Assembly: GCF_006345805.1 (NCBI RefSeq)
Contig: NC_042998.1
Location: 125,240,001-125,304,000, forward strand
Source of the DNA: Octopus sinensis
Taxonomy: Eukaryota
Length of the DNA: 64,000 bases
Direction of reading: 5' to 3'
This document shows, one piece after another, positions 40,935-53,411 of this stretch. The notes beneath the pieces were generated by a model. The model saw only the letters and a list, made by a program, of their open reading frames with translations. It made no database searches and had not been told where the DNA came from. Numbering within the stretch: position 1 is the first letter of the stretch; each line of letters opens with the position of its first letter. Made by a program: the position numbers and the translations under genes.

Positions 40935-41452
40935 ATTGTTCAGTTTTTATTTCAAGATTTCTAGCCAATAGAGAAAGAGCCGGTTTCTAACCTAGATCCA
41001 AGGCTCCTTCATTGGAATTTCAACATCAACAACAGTTCCAGTGATGGAGTGGATCTGTAGTCTTTGAATTAGCTTTCTCTTTTGATTTTGAGAAACCTAA
41101 TTTCTCAAGATCGGTATTTAGACAGTGTTACCTATCTTAGGGTCCCAATAGTTATAGGTATAAACTTGAACTTGTAATCTGGATAGACTAACTGCAGACT
41201 TCTCAATAGTTCAGCATAGGTGTTCTCATTTTCACTGATCTTCAGCTTTGTTAACATCTGCAGGGCAGCTAATTTCTACAACTGTGCACAGTTTTTCTTC
41301 TCTTTCCCAAATCATTATATCAGTTCTGTTGTGCTTAAATTTTATTGAGGTCTTCACTGGTACATTCCACCAGTATTACTTTTTATTATGAGTGGCTATG
41401 GCTTCTACCATATTGTGGATTCTTATTTCTTTGTTCTCGGGATTATCCTTCC
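40935..41452 (-). mobile_element. 3' end of a restriction-like-endonuclease LINE (R4/Dong-like)
   Basis: Minus strand YWWNVPVKTSIKFKHNRTDIMIWEREEKLCTVVEISCPADVN..ENTYAELL..YPDYKFKFIPITIG, the PD-(D/E)xK RLE domain. Confidence 0.85.
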
Positions 41453-42390
41453 AACGGATGTATGTATGTATGTATGTATGTATGTATGTGGGCATGCATG
41501 CACGCACGCACGCATTTCGTTAAGTTCAGCCAACCATACTTAAGGTGTAATGCCTAAACTATATTTAATGAACTGAAATGCATACAATTAACCAGATATC
41601 ATTAGCGTTAGAGAAAAATACAACGAAAAAGTGCAAGGTAAGGAATTCCAGAAATTGCACGGAATTTCATTGAAGATATACAAAGGGAAGGAGTTTGCTC
41701 TTTGGCAAATATGGTGGTAACTTTAGATATGTTTCAGTTTTATTAGACTTCCTCAACGAAGCAAATTTCACTCAAAGCTGCCAAGACCACACCCATTTTC
41801 CATCTACATATCAATTTTTTGTCAAGTAGTTCTTTCCGTAATGCCTTTAAGAGAATTTTCATGGCATTTCTTATTACGGTTATTTCATTTGATTAAAAAT
41901 TATTTTCAGCTCATCTCTTTAAATATGATAGTTTACACATAACTATATATTCTTCATGCAAAAGGCACCCTCAGAAAATTTTCAGAAATAAAAAGATAGA
42001 TACATACATAGACAAAAGTATCGCTCGGAAGACATCTGAAAGTAACGGCTATATGATGTAAGCTGTAGAGCTTTACGCTCTTTTGTTTAGCCAATAAACT
42101 TTGTTCCACACCATCGCATATTCTGTCAAACAGAATCAAATTACCCCACTACACCATCACCACAATATCCTGCTGCCGCAAATTGACCGAAAAAAGTTTG
42201 TTTTTATTCTGTTAGGCTCTATCAAGCTAGTCAAAACAATTTTTACACACACACACATATATTAAAAGTTGTGTGTTTTGCGGATGGAGAATCGTCTACA
42301 ACATACACGTGTGTGTGTGTTTAACAGGGTACATAATAAAGACCCCTTAGCGATATAGCTCGCATCAAAAGCGCTAAACAAATGTTTATA

Positions 42391-42572
42391 TATTGTATTT
42401 TAACGTATATAAGGAACCCTTTTTGTCAAAAATTAGGTTAAAAGAATAAGGGAGTTTCTTATACATGGATAGTATTATAATCCCTTACAAACCCTTTTTT
42501 CCAAATTTTAAGCCTCAAAAATTAGGGGTTTCCTTATACATGAGGGTTCCTTATACACGTTAAAATACGGTA
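42391..42572. mobile_element. TA-flanked pogo/Tc2-like MITE
   Basis: 30-bp inverted ends tattgtattttaacgtatataaggaaccct / agggttccttatacacgttaaaatacggta. Confidence 0.8.
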
Positions 42573-42881
42573 AATTATGAATTATTTGGAATTGTGACAT
42601 TATCTATACAGTGAAACAGAATGCAAGCCACAAATATACGACATAAATATGCTTGATCATACTTGGTGGCAAGCATTTTAGTACAGAACTTTGTCTTGAT
42701 AACTGTATCAGTCATCGACCGATGTACAAAACACAGAAACCCCTGTGACCAGCGTGTGTGTGTGGTTGTCGTCGTCGTCCGTTGATTTCGACAATGAGGA
42801 TTCAGTTGTACAATCAACTAAATTACCTCATGTTAACGTGCAAGTGGCTGGACATTCTACAGATTGATAGATATACTCTTA

Positions 42882-43268
42882 GTGGAGGCGCAATGGCCCA
42901 GTGGTTAGGGCAGTGGACTCGCGGTCATAGGGTCGCGGTTTCGATTCCCAGACCGGGCGTTGTGAGTGTTTATTGAGCGAAAACACCTAAAAGTTCCACA
43001 AGGCTCCGGCAGGGGATGGTGGTGATCCCTGCTGTACTCTTTCACCACAACTTTCTCTCACTTTTACTTCCTGTTTCTGTTGTACCTGTATTTCAAAGGG
43101 CCGGCCTTGTCACTCTCTGTGTCACGCTGAATCTCCCCGAGAACTACGTTAAGGGTACACGTGTCTGTGGAGTGCTCAGCCACTTACACGTTAATTTCAC
43201 GAGCAGGCTGTTCCGTTGATTCAGATCAACCGGAACCCTCATCGTCGTAACCGACGGAGTGCTTCCAC
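42882..43268 (+). mobile_element. Full-length tRNA-derived SINE with 13-bp TSD
   Basis: A box TGGCCCAGTGG, B box GTTTCGATTCC; TSD agatatactctta at 42869-42881 and 43269-43281. Confidence 0.92.
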
Positions 43269-43567
43269 AGATATACTCTTAACATTATTTTCTGGCCCTA
43301 CCAGTGTGACACAGTAACAAGACTGTTCACTTTGAAATAAAGGTGCAATCTCTCCAGCGAGCCTTTATGGTTTCCCCTCTACCCAGTGTCACACAGAAGA
43401 CCCGAGGCTATAAATATTTAACCAAGAAGTTCTTAGTGACGTCGAACCGGGACCTCTGCTTGTGAATCGACCTCCTTAAATAGTCAACCATATCCACCAC
43501 CACCACCACCCCGCTAAAACGAAGAGACGGGTAGAAATAGAATCAAGCAACACGTTGAAATAAATCT

Positions 43568-43760
43568 CTCTCTTTTACTTGTTTCAGTCATTTGACTGCG
43601 GCCATGCTGAAGCACCGCCTTTAGTCGAGCAAGTCGACCCCGGGACTTATTCTTTGTAAGCTTAGTACTTATTCTGTCGGTCTCTTTTGCCGAACCGCTA
43701 AGTAACGGGGACATGAACACACCAGCATCGGTTGTCAAGCGATTTTTGGGCACAGACACA

Positions 43761-43847
<87 letters not shown>

Positions 43848-44010
43848 GACAGGCTTCTTTCAGTTTCCGTCTACCAAATCCACTCACAAGGCTTTGGTCG
43901 GCCTGAAGCTATAGTAGAAGACACTTGCCCAAAGTGCCACGCAGTGGGACTGAACCCGGAACCATGTGGTTGGTAAGCAAGCTACTTACCACACAGCCAC
44001 TCCTGCGCCT
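43568..44010 (-). mobile_element. tRNA-derived SINE with internal (TA)n(TG)n microsatellite
   Basis: Head ggcgcaggagtggctgtgtggtaag..ggttccgggttcagtccc; several degenerate copies in the window. Confidence 0.9.
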
Positions 44011-44993
44011 ATAAATGCATATATTTTAAACCTTCACCGGGCACAAACGTTTTTCTTTTGAGCGCGTGTGGTTTCATCGCTGAGGTAATAAGGAGTCATA
44101 TGAGGATTCTAATGCTTATATATCGTGGTGTAGAAAGTGATGATATATGAATACAGTCAAAACATCATGAACACAAATATCCTAGAAACACGATCGTTTC
44201 CAGATAAGATATAGAATATATTATGCAATTATTTCAATTCGGTTTAGTTGTACTTGTGTATCATATTATTGTTGTAAACTGGATCTTTTTCTCATTGTTT
44301 GATCACTCTGCAAAAGAAATAACTTCATTATATTTGCGAGGCTTTTATTCATATCCGTGTGTTGCACACATATGTTGCAAATATAGTTCTTTTGCAAAAA
44401 GTGTAAATACAACACCTACTAGGAGTTGAGCCATGCTGTCGTGGCTGACGAGTCGAGCACCCTAACGATTAAAGAGATACTATTACTTGAAAATTATCTC
44501 AGATTGGCCTGTCCATCTAGTTCTCAACAGGCGCCAAAAGTAAGCACCATCCACCATTATGATAAAATGTTTTTGTTTTTTAAGCTAGCAATATTGAGTG
44601 ATGTTACACAAAGGCATGCCTTACTCGTTCTCGAACCTGCTACTAACATCTTTGGGTCAGGGGATAGTAGAGAATCATAAACATGTGACTCCCAATTCTC
44701 CTCCTCCTTCTGGCATCAATGAAATAAATAAATTATTTACTAATGGATAACATTGGTAACATATTGTCGTAGTGAAACACTTCATCTTCGACTCTATATT
44801 TCAACTCTGTGTGAAACAAACTCGTCAGTTTATTATTTATTTATTTTTATAGCATATATAGCAATTAAGATTACAGCTTAATTTGCAAATGCATGGTTAG
44901 TTTGTGAAACGCTGCGAACAATTAAATGATTCGTTAATATACAAACATAATTTAATACTGCTGTGAAGAATATTTTGGATTTTTTTTTTATAG

Positions 44994-45093
44994 GTCGAAG
45001 AGAAACTATTGATGAAAATGACAGTTTCGATAGCGTGCATATTCGAAAAACGGTTTTAATGTCGATTCGTATCTTCTTACCAAGTCCTACGAT
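44994..45093 (+). CDS. Candidate coding exon (G)RRETIDENDSFDSVHIRK...
   Basis: Poly-T tract + atAG acceptor; open in phase 1, compatible with 39381-39440; possible donor GTTAGT at 45094. 3' boundary uncertain. Confidence 0.3.
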
Positions 45094-45502
45094 GTTAGTA
45101 CTAATGTGTCAAGTACTCTAAGTTCAATGTAGTTTTTGTTTAATTTGACTGAGGAGAATTGAATTTTTATGTGTGTGTTTTGGTGTTGTTTATGTTGTGT
45201 TCTCCGTCCCGTAATTTAGAGGTTCGACAAATATTTCGATAAAATAAATATCAGACTGAAATATCTATAATGTCGATATGACTGACCAATCCTTTGAAAG
45301 TTGGTGCCTTAGAATAGCCTCAATCCGATGACAGAAACTAAGTTATATATATATATACATTCAAGTGCGTGGCCGAGAAATTTGGGAGTTGATCAAGCAA
45401 TTTTTAGGTTGGGAGATCGATTCCTAGACTGGGTGGTGCGTTGTAATCGTGAGTATGGCACGTCTATACATTTAACTGAAAAACACCGAGAGCTGGTGCA
45501 TC

Positions 45503-45545
<43 letters not shown>

Positions 45546-45899
45546 AGTTGCTTCCTTGGTTTTCCGCTGGGTCAAAGATACTCGAGACAGTATATGTCTG
45601 TTCGTAATTACATAGGCACCGGAAACAATTAGAGGTAGCATGATACATGCTACCGGATCACTTTAGCATGGCAGACTGTTACTAAAACTAGTGACCCGAG
45701 AAAAGACAAACATGCAAATCTAAAATCCTCGAGTCAGCTGAATCGCTTAAACCAAAGGTTCTGAAACTGGCATATTTGTATCCCACGTGGTACACAAGAA
45801 TTCCTCTGATTTTACAAACTTGTGACCTAGCAGTTCTTCTTATTTCACTATTGCACTAGACTTGATAGTGCAATGACTACGCATGATACGACCGACAAG

Positions 45900-46470
45900 A
45901 TTGAAGAGATTGAACCTAGAAAAGGAAGAGACGCGAGCTTCGCTGGAGAGAGTATGGGTAAGCAGCATAGTGGTAACGAAATGGAAACGAGCGAGGGTGC
46001 GAAGTTTTACCTGATAGGACATTTGAGTGTGAAATCCCCTGAAGATAAATCCGTGATTCACGAGTTTAAGATATCCTTCCCAACCATCCAATCTGTTTGT
46101 GTAGGGAATAATGAAAATAACCGCATGCCTCAGTGTTCTAAAACAGGGACAATCCAACACATCTTAAGCAGCTGCTCCAAGGTACTGGAGACACTAGAGA
46201 CATTACAAGCCCCTCAAGACCACCGTAGAGTAATCGACAGAAAATTAGCAACAGTGAAAATGTCCACATTACAACCAGTTAAGGAGAGAACGCTGCTAAA
46301 GAAAAGACTCGAGATCTGCTCCGATGGTTTGCTTTCCACGGCACATGACTAAGCGACGAAATTTGATCTTGTGAAGCATTCGAAATTCCGATCATATATC
46401 ATCTAGTCCTCGTTGAGACCAGACATGATCTTGGTTGCTGAGGCAACAAGACAGTTCATCTTACTGACGT
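45900..46470 (+). mobile_element. HERO-like (R2-group) LINE fragment: zinc knuckle + RLE
   Basis: PQCSKTGTIQHILSSCSK (CCHC region), GLLSTAHD*, KF..HI, LRPDMILVAEATRQFILL. Confidence 0.8.
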
Positions 46471-47464
46471 TGCTCAAAATATATTTAAGAAAGAGAATGC
46501 AGCTCATTTTGAAGAATGAAACATACAAAATGAGGAACCAGGTGAGGAAGATATGGAATATTAAATCAAAGAAAACAATCTGGCAGATGTATACGAAAAT
46601 GGAAAAACCGAAGATCAGAACCAGAAAAGGAAACTAAAATCAGAAAACACCTCACACTTCAATAATTCGAAGCAGAAATCATCTGCTACGACTTCGAGTA
46701 CCTAAATGCAAAACCAAGGAAAAATATGACGCCATAATGCTGGAGGAACTCTGGGAAAGAACAAATGGAAAGACACGAGAACAATTAGATTTATGGAAAA
46801 TCGATAAACAAAGAAATGAAACGAAATCAAAATACTAGAATCGAAAATCTGTGGTTACAGGCGTATGAAGCCAATTACGGAATAGAATTAGAGAAAACTA
46901 AAAATAAAACATAAAAATTTTTAAAACACACAACTTGGCAATAACAGAAGGAACCATAACTCCATCATAATTTACAAGTCAGATCAAGAAATAATTGAAG
47001 GGCGACAACCCGTAACCTTTCATATGCAGAAGTAATCAAAAATGGACCGAAATTCAATAATTCATACCAAAACAGATTCAACTACCATAAAATGTAAACA
47101 ATAACAATCGAAAAACAGGCTAAAATAGACGGTCAAACCAAAGAAAATAATGTAAATCTACTAAAAACAAGTCATCATACCATGGAAGATGGTATGACAA
47201 TAATACTAGACATATTAACAACCACAAGCCATCCTTCCAGCAAATAGAAAAAGTACAATGACTCACAAAACAAAAGTTCTTTTTCGAGAGCAAGGCTTCC
47301 AAACAAAAGCAAATATTAATGATGTAAAGATGTGAAAAATACTGAACCAACCGATCCAAACGTAATAAATTTGTCACAACGAAACCTCGTGAAAGCTGAA
47401 ATAAAACTTTCAGATTACGGACTTAAATTCACACCAATTCCAAAATCTAACACAACAGATCTTA

Positions 47465-47797
47465 CCGTTCTATATTTAAGAGATGAGGAATTATATACAT
47501 TATTTACATTTGACGGATATTTGTCCTCATCTTGTTCGTTGTTAACACAACGCCTCGGCTGATATACCCTCCAGCCTTCATCAGGTGTCTTGGGCATATG
47601 GAGTAGTGGTTAAGAGCGTGGGCTACTAACCCCAAGATTCCGAGTTCGATTCCAGGTAGTGACCTGAATAATAATAATAATAATAATATCGAAAAATACC
47701 TTAGGAATGAGAACCCATGTTCGAGGGTTTATCAGCCGAAACGTTGTGTTAACAACAAACAAGATGAGGACAAATATCCGTCAAATGTAAATAATGT
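47465..47797 (+). mobile_element. tRNA-headed SINE-like insertion with hammerhead-type tail and inverted tail copy; 13-bp TSD
   Basis: TSD acaacagatctta at 47452-47464 and 47798-47810; A box TGGAGTAGTGG 47599-47609; B box GAGTTCGATTCC 47642-47653; 47494-47571 is inverted relative to 47723-47800. Confidence 0.85.
47544..47589 (-). ncRNA. Minimal hammerhead motif, probably inactivated
   Basis: gacac-CTGATGA-a-ggctg..cagcc-GAGG-cgtt-gtgtt; the core GAAA is mutated here but intact in the truncated plus-strand copy (cagccGAAAcgttgtgtt, 47733-47750). Confidence 0.65.
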
Positions 47798-49911
47798 ACA
47801 ACAGATCTTATTAAAGAGTTTTGTCTACGATAGTTCTTCCAGAGGAAAGATTACGAAAATCCATAACTTGTAAAAAGTAAAAAAAAAAAAAGAATAACGA
47901 AAAACACTGGAACGAAATCAAATAATCAGTATTAGAGAAATGCATGTATCTGAAAAGATCGGTAAACTGAAACATTACTAATGAAGAGCAAAATGCATCG
48001 GAATATCTATGGAAGCTAAGGAGGAATTGTTGTAATAATGGACAAGACCTATTACAGAGAAATGACCTTAGAACAGGTAAATGACCAACATTTCTACAAA
48101 ACAAAATTTGGAATCAATGCAGATAAACAATGAACAAAAGTTATAAATTAACGGACAAATTCAACAACAATTTAATAGGAAAGAAGTTGGAATACCTAAT
48201 TTTAAGGTAAAAACAAGTAACTTTTATGGACAACGGAATATTCGTAAATTTAAAGAAATTTATAGCACCTTAAAGCACTCCATATATCATATGTAAAGAT
48301 TCTCAAACCATCTGCTTTAAAATTACGCCTGCTGCTGCAGGACCAGCATCAAACACCCACTTATTAAGCAAGAAAATTACAGGGCCAAACTTTGAAACCA
48401 TTATGCAAATTGATTCCTAGTTTTATCAGGGATGGCGTGGACTTTTAAACTACGTTCTAGAAAGAGTTACTATATAGATGATACTGATTAATATCGACAT
48501 GTCCCCTCTACAGAAATATTCCCCATGGATTAGAACAGGAAGCCGTAGAATTCTGAGTACACAAATGCCTACACACAATTTAGAATCCACTGGAAATAGT
48601 ATTCTGGATACGAAAATACCAACACACAATTCGGGAAAAATCTCAGAATACTAGAAATATTACAATTGGTGCCAGAAAATAACTGCTTCTTAGATTACTA
48701 ATATTGCCTTCAAATAAAAGCGGGCTGGTCAGTGGACATGAAAGCACTTAAGATTCCAACAATAGTGATAGAATTCCTTGACGAAAAATATTTATACCCG
48801 TTCTAGGATTACTTTTGATTAGCATTTCTAATCCGAATTAAAAGAAAACTGGAAAAGGTTCCTGAATTAGTGTTTTATATTTTGGAACAGAAATAAAGAA
48901 GACCTTGCAAGATTCTTGAAATGAGTAAATAGCTTTGATAGATCACAATGGGAAAGAATGGAACTTCCTTTTGGGGTTCATTTTGGTAATTTAGAAAAAT
49001 GAGACTGTTATAACTTATTTCTACTGCGGAGACCAAAACACGCACTAATATTTAGACTTTAGATCTTGTTGCCAATCCTACGATCAATTGTTACGAACTC
49101 AAGTTGGCGAGAGAGACGACTGGTAGAGCTAAAAGTATACCTTCAGAAACAAAAATACTCGAAAATCTTAGTAAATCATGCCATAACAAAAACAAAAAAA
49201 TTTCAGTCTCTGACTTATGGAGAAACCCTTACAATAAAGGAGAAGACAAAACGTTGGAGTATTCTATTTTGTAGTCACACATAATCCTAGAAACCATAAC
49301 ATACCGTCCAATTTTAATCATCAGAAGAACAATCAAAGAGTCACAAATTATTAACTGCCGAAGACAGCCACCAACTACTTTGACTGCTAGCAAAGGCGCA
49401 ATTTACATCAAAAGAAGACATAATGATGGTAACAAAGTGTGAAGACACTCGTTGTGGGACATGCTAATTAAATGAACAGGGCAAAATCAAAGAAGGAAAG
49501 GAACTGAAGGTGAATGCAAATTTGAATTGCAAAAAAAAATAATTTCATCTGCTGCATTACAAGCTCACATGGGAATATTGGCCAAACTGGAACAAAATTA
49601 ATATATAGAGAGTACTTAAACAACAGATCAAAGATTATCTCTTAGGATTGTTCCTTGAAGTGAACAGCTGATATTTGTGCAAATGAAAAATATTCAAAAT
49701 ATTACCTGCTTTCAAAATAAAGGGGAGAAAATTACCAAGAGGCAAAAGAAAGATACTTTACAAGAATTCTAAATCCGTCCGAAACTAAATCGCTTCTAAA
49801 AACAACTACTTCAATACAGATTACCATATAATACGTGTGTTTGAAAACCTGAGAACTAAAGAAGAGATTCCATAAGGTTTGTGGCATTCTGATGGGGGAG
49901 CTTAGTTGTTT

Positions 49912-49954
<43 letters not shown>

Positions 49955-50585
49955 AATGGTGTCTGTCTGTGAGTGTGTTTGGGGTTACTCTAACTCCTCA
50001 CACACCGTCCAACCGATTTTTATGATTTTTGGCACATAGCTAGATCACATGCCCTGAAATTTCAAATAAGGCCAGAATTTTTCAAAAACCCGATAATGCT
50101 CAGTTGGCATCAATTTTTATGAGCTCAACCGGGCGTTTGAATGGAAATTCCCATAACGATGTCATTTTTCCTGCAGCTTTTGAATTTTATGTCCGATTTT
50201 TATGAAAATCTATAAGTGAGCGAGGCTCATGGCAGTGAGTTGATGTCAGTATATGGCGTTGACAAAAAATCGGTAAGTGCACCTGAGCAGTGGTTTTTAT
50301 AAAATCAGTAGGCTTTTTGCGTGCAAATGCCCATATGGGTTTTATTTTTGGCCGTAACTTTTACATTTTTTATCCGATTTTAAATGAAATTTGAGATTTA
50401 GGTAAATTTTGTGGTAGGGGAAACGGTAAAGCTTTTAATTTAATTCCAGAGGAATCGGAAGGGCACAAGCGTGTATCAGCTTTTTTCACGGACTATTCTA
50501 TCGATTTTTAAGAAGATTTTAATACAAGGTCAGAGGTGGGCCTTACTTCACGGAAAACACGAGCAACGCCAGGTCCAACAGCTAG
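49912..50585 (+). mobile_element. Non-autonomous Helitron-like element
   Basis: 5' microsatellite/gtctgtctg block, internal ccgattttt subrepeats, 3' end gagcaacgccaggt..cagCTAG followed by T. Confidence 0.65.
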
Positions 50586-50601
50586 TGTGTGTGTATGTGT
50601 G

Positions 50602-50655
<54 letters not shown>

Positions 50656-52817
50656 AAGTTTTAATTTTTAAAATATCTTTCTTTACATATTGACTGTATC
50701 ACGTCTTTTTTTTTAATCTTACATATCCAATGGGTGAAGAGACGCTAGTATAAGCCAACAATATAGAATAACAGCAGATTAGAGCTCGGAAAGTTCAAAT
50801 TCTTAAAATCAAACTTTCTGATGAGAGTAAAAATAATTCTGCAAAATAAAAGTTAGATATAAGAACTGTATAGCTCGATCCTGTAATAAAGAGATAAAGG
50901 ACAAATACTATACAGCATTATAACTCTCATAAAAGATGTTATATAAACATAACATAATTATAGTCAAACGCCCTAGAAAAAATAAGACGCCATCAGAGAT
51001 CATACAACACAAACTATAGATTCGGACAAGACTCCCAAAACATTAAAAAATAATCTATATAAAATTATATTTGAAAACGATTAATGAAAAAGATAACCAT
51101 ACATTCCAATCTGCGTAAAAGTACGAACTGAATTTTTAAAATCCCTCGCCTGAAAACAACAATGGCGCGGAACTTGAGTCACTGGGGAAAGAAATTAAGT
51201 TTAAATGATGGAAATAAACCATTTCTTCTTTTTTTATTTTTTGGAATGCGTGTCTGCGCGAAAATGCTTACGTGTCTGTTTGTCTTCTTCCTTTGCTGTT
51301 CTTCCCTTGCGTACTTGCTCATTTGTAATATCATTTTGTATTACTTATTGGTAATACGAATTTGAATACAATATGAAAATCGTTATAAATTATGTGTGGC
51401 GGAAACAGTTTAATTAATCTAGTGATCGGAGTTAAAAGTTGTAACACAGTACCTACTTTTTTTCAACTAACTATTTTTGTTAATTGACGAAAGGAAACCG
51501 ACCAAACACAGCAGGAATTAGCATACAAAAGTTATTTCGTTAAGTTAGTTTTTTTAGTTTTCATTCTTGTTGCTATGCAGCTTTATATTGTCACATGAGA
51601 TTTATAAAGCACTATCAGTTGTGTACCAATGTTGGAGACATTTTTTTTCTGGGAAGGATGTACTTATAACATGACTGCTTGAATAGATGCCAAGAATTTT
51701 GTCCAATTCTAAGGTTGGCTTTCAGACTATCAATTTTAGACCAACTGTTATTACAAGGGCATCGAACTCCATTTTCCCCACTTCAAATTTCGGAAACTTT
51801 CCAGAGAAAGTTCCTAAATAAACCATTTTCTTCAAAAGCTTTACCGAAAATCGCTTGTGATTTATCGAATTATTTTTATTGAATTTATTTTCGCTCGACA
51901 AGTTCTGAAAGCACTTGTCTGTATCTCTCGCATTCATTTATGAATATTTATATATTTCCTATTTTCTTGAACGGAGATCTATTTGATGCTTAAAAAACCC
52001 TGTCATATTTTTATAATTGGATATTATTAGGTATTATATACAAATTTATTAAAATATTTAGTTTATTGTTGAAGTATAATCAATTTATTGCACAGAAATT
52101 CTAACTGCAAAATTTTATATGATCTCCCAAGGGTCATAAGGACCCCGGTTGATAACCAATAGTCTAAATAGATTTCAGGATCTTCTCTTGATATTGATAT
52201 CGTTATATAAGTTGATATGGCATAAGCTTTAATCTAGTCAATTACATATTTGCGGTTTTTACCAGTGAATTCCTTTTTTCTATAATAACTTTTGCCTGAA
52301 GGAAAGTTCTTATTGCTAGTGTTTCGGTCCTATTTGTATTATGTCCAATAACAGCTAGTGTCGCTAGAAAATAGGAATAAGTTCCGATGCAGTTATTCTG
52401 TAGCAGGCTTATTCCACAGAGATAGCCAACCAAAGACTTAACATAGACCATTCAGAGATTATCATGTTTCTGTGATTGTTCTAGCTATATTATCTGGATA
52501 TTTATAGGTTTGCGCATTCTTTTAGTTCTTTACTTAATTCGAACATTTGTAGTTCTACTGGAGACTTGACTTGAGAAGAATTTGACTGCTTGCTTGATTA
52601 CTGAGTCGATCATATGCATAGCTTCTTTGCTGGTATACCACTGAAAAGTTACATATCATGTCCAATAAATCTTCCAGGGTTTCGTATATAATGCATGTTC
52701 ATATATCGCCTTACTTCTGGGACACACTCCATTTCGAAACGATGTTTATTTATTACTTATACTATTCGTACTATAGTGCTAATTTAACTTTTGTTGTTTT
52801 TACTAAGTGCATTGAAG

Positions 52818-52886
<69 letters not shown>
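52818..52886. repeat. (CT)n(AT)n microsatellite
   Basis: Direct inspection. Confidence 0.95.
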
Positions 52887-52897
<11 letters not shown>

Positions 52898-52938
52898 CAT
52901 ACGCCTCTGGCTCGTGGTTCCTGGCTCCTCCTACACAG

Positions 52939-52994
52939 ATAAACAACTAAATAGAGGAAATGGCACTCAAAGAAGCGCCATTTTTTTTATATAA
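52939..52994 (+). CDS. Candidate terminal coding exon (D)KQLNRGNGTQRSAIFFI*
   Basis: ctcctcctacacAG acceptor; phase-1 frame ends at TAA 52992-52994; followed by over 1 kb of T-rich sequence with no recognisable transposon, resembling a 3' UTR. Confidence 0.3.
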
Positions 52995-53378
52995 ATGTTT
53001 ATGTGATATGTTGTTGGCGGTGGTAAAAGCGCGCAAAGTAGTGAATGAAGCTAATTTCCGCGAAGTGTGTGGAAGGGAGAAGAATGGTGAGAGGGAAAGG
53101 ATGAAAAAAACGGCAACACAAAGAACGTGGCTTTTGTATCATACCTTGCTAACTTATTTATTTATTTTTATTAACGCCATTAGTTATCCTTTATTTTCTA
53201 ATTTGATGTTTTGTTGGAGGGTGTTTTTTTTATTCTTTATTTTATTCTATAATTCAAACAATAACCTAGTATCAATTATGAAACAAAGAATGTAAAATGG
53301 AAATAAAATATAAAACAATATATTTTTTTATAAAAAATGCAAGTATATTAATGGAATATTTCTCTTTTTCGTTTTGCC

Positions 53379-53411
<33 letters not shown>

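Larger units (their letters stand above)
46470..49800 (+). mobile_element. Long decayed Penelope-like element
   Basis: NVINLSQRNL..EIKL..YGLKFTPIP (47332-47460), RT remnants (AGPASNTHLLS, FIRDG.DF, NIP, NWKRFL, ELPF), and VTKCEDTRCGTC..NLNC..NIGQTG..QQIK (GIY-YIG). 5' boundary approximate. Confidence 0.85.

Noticed and set aside
42882-42960. tRNA gene (also at 7086, 47592, 58121)
   Set aside because: A/B boxes are present, but each continues into a SINE body and is flanked by a TSD; no convincing acceptor stem.
51680-52165. Possible hAT transposase tail and terminal repeat
   Set aside because: Similarity too weak to support; no matching opposite end found.
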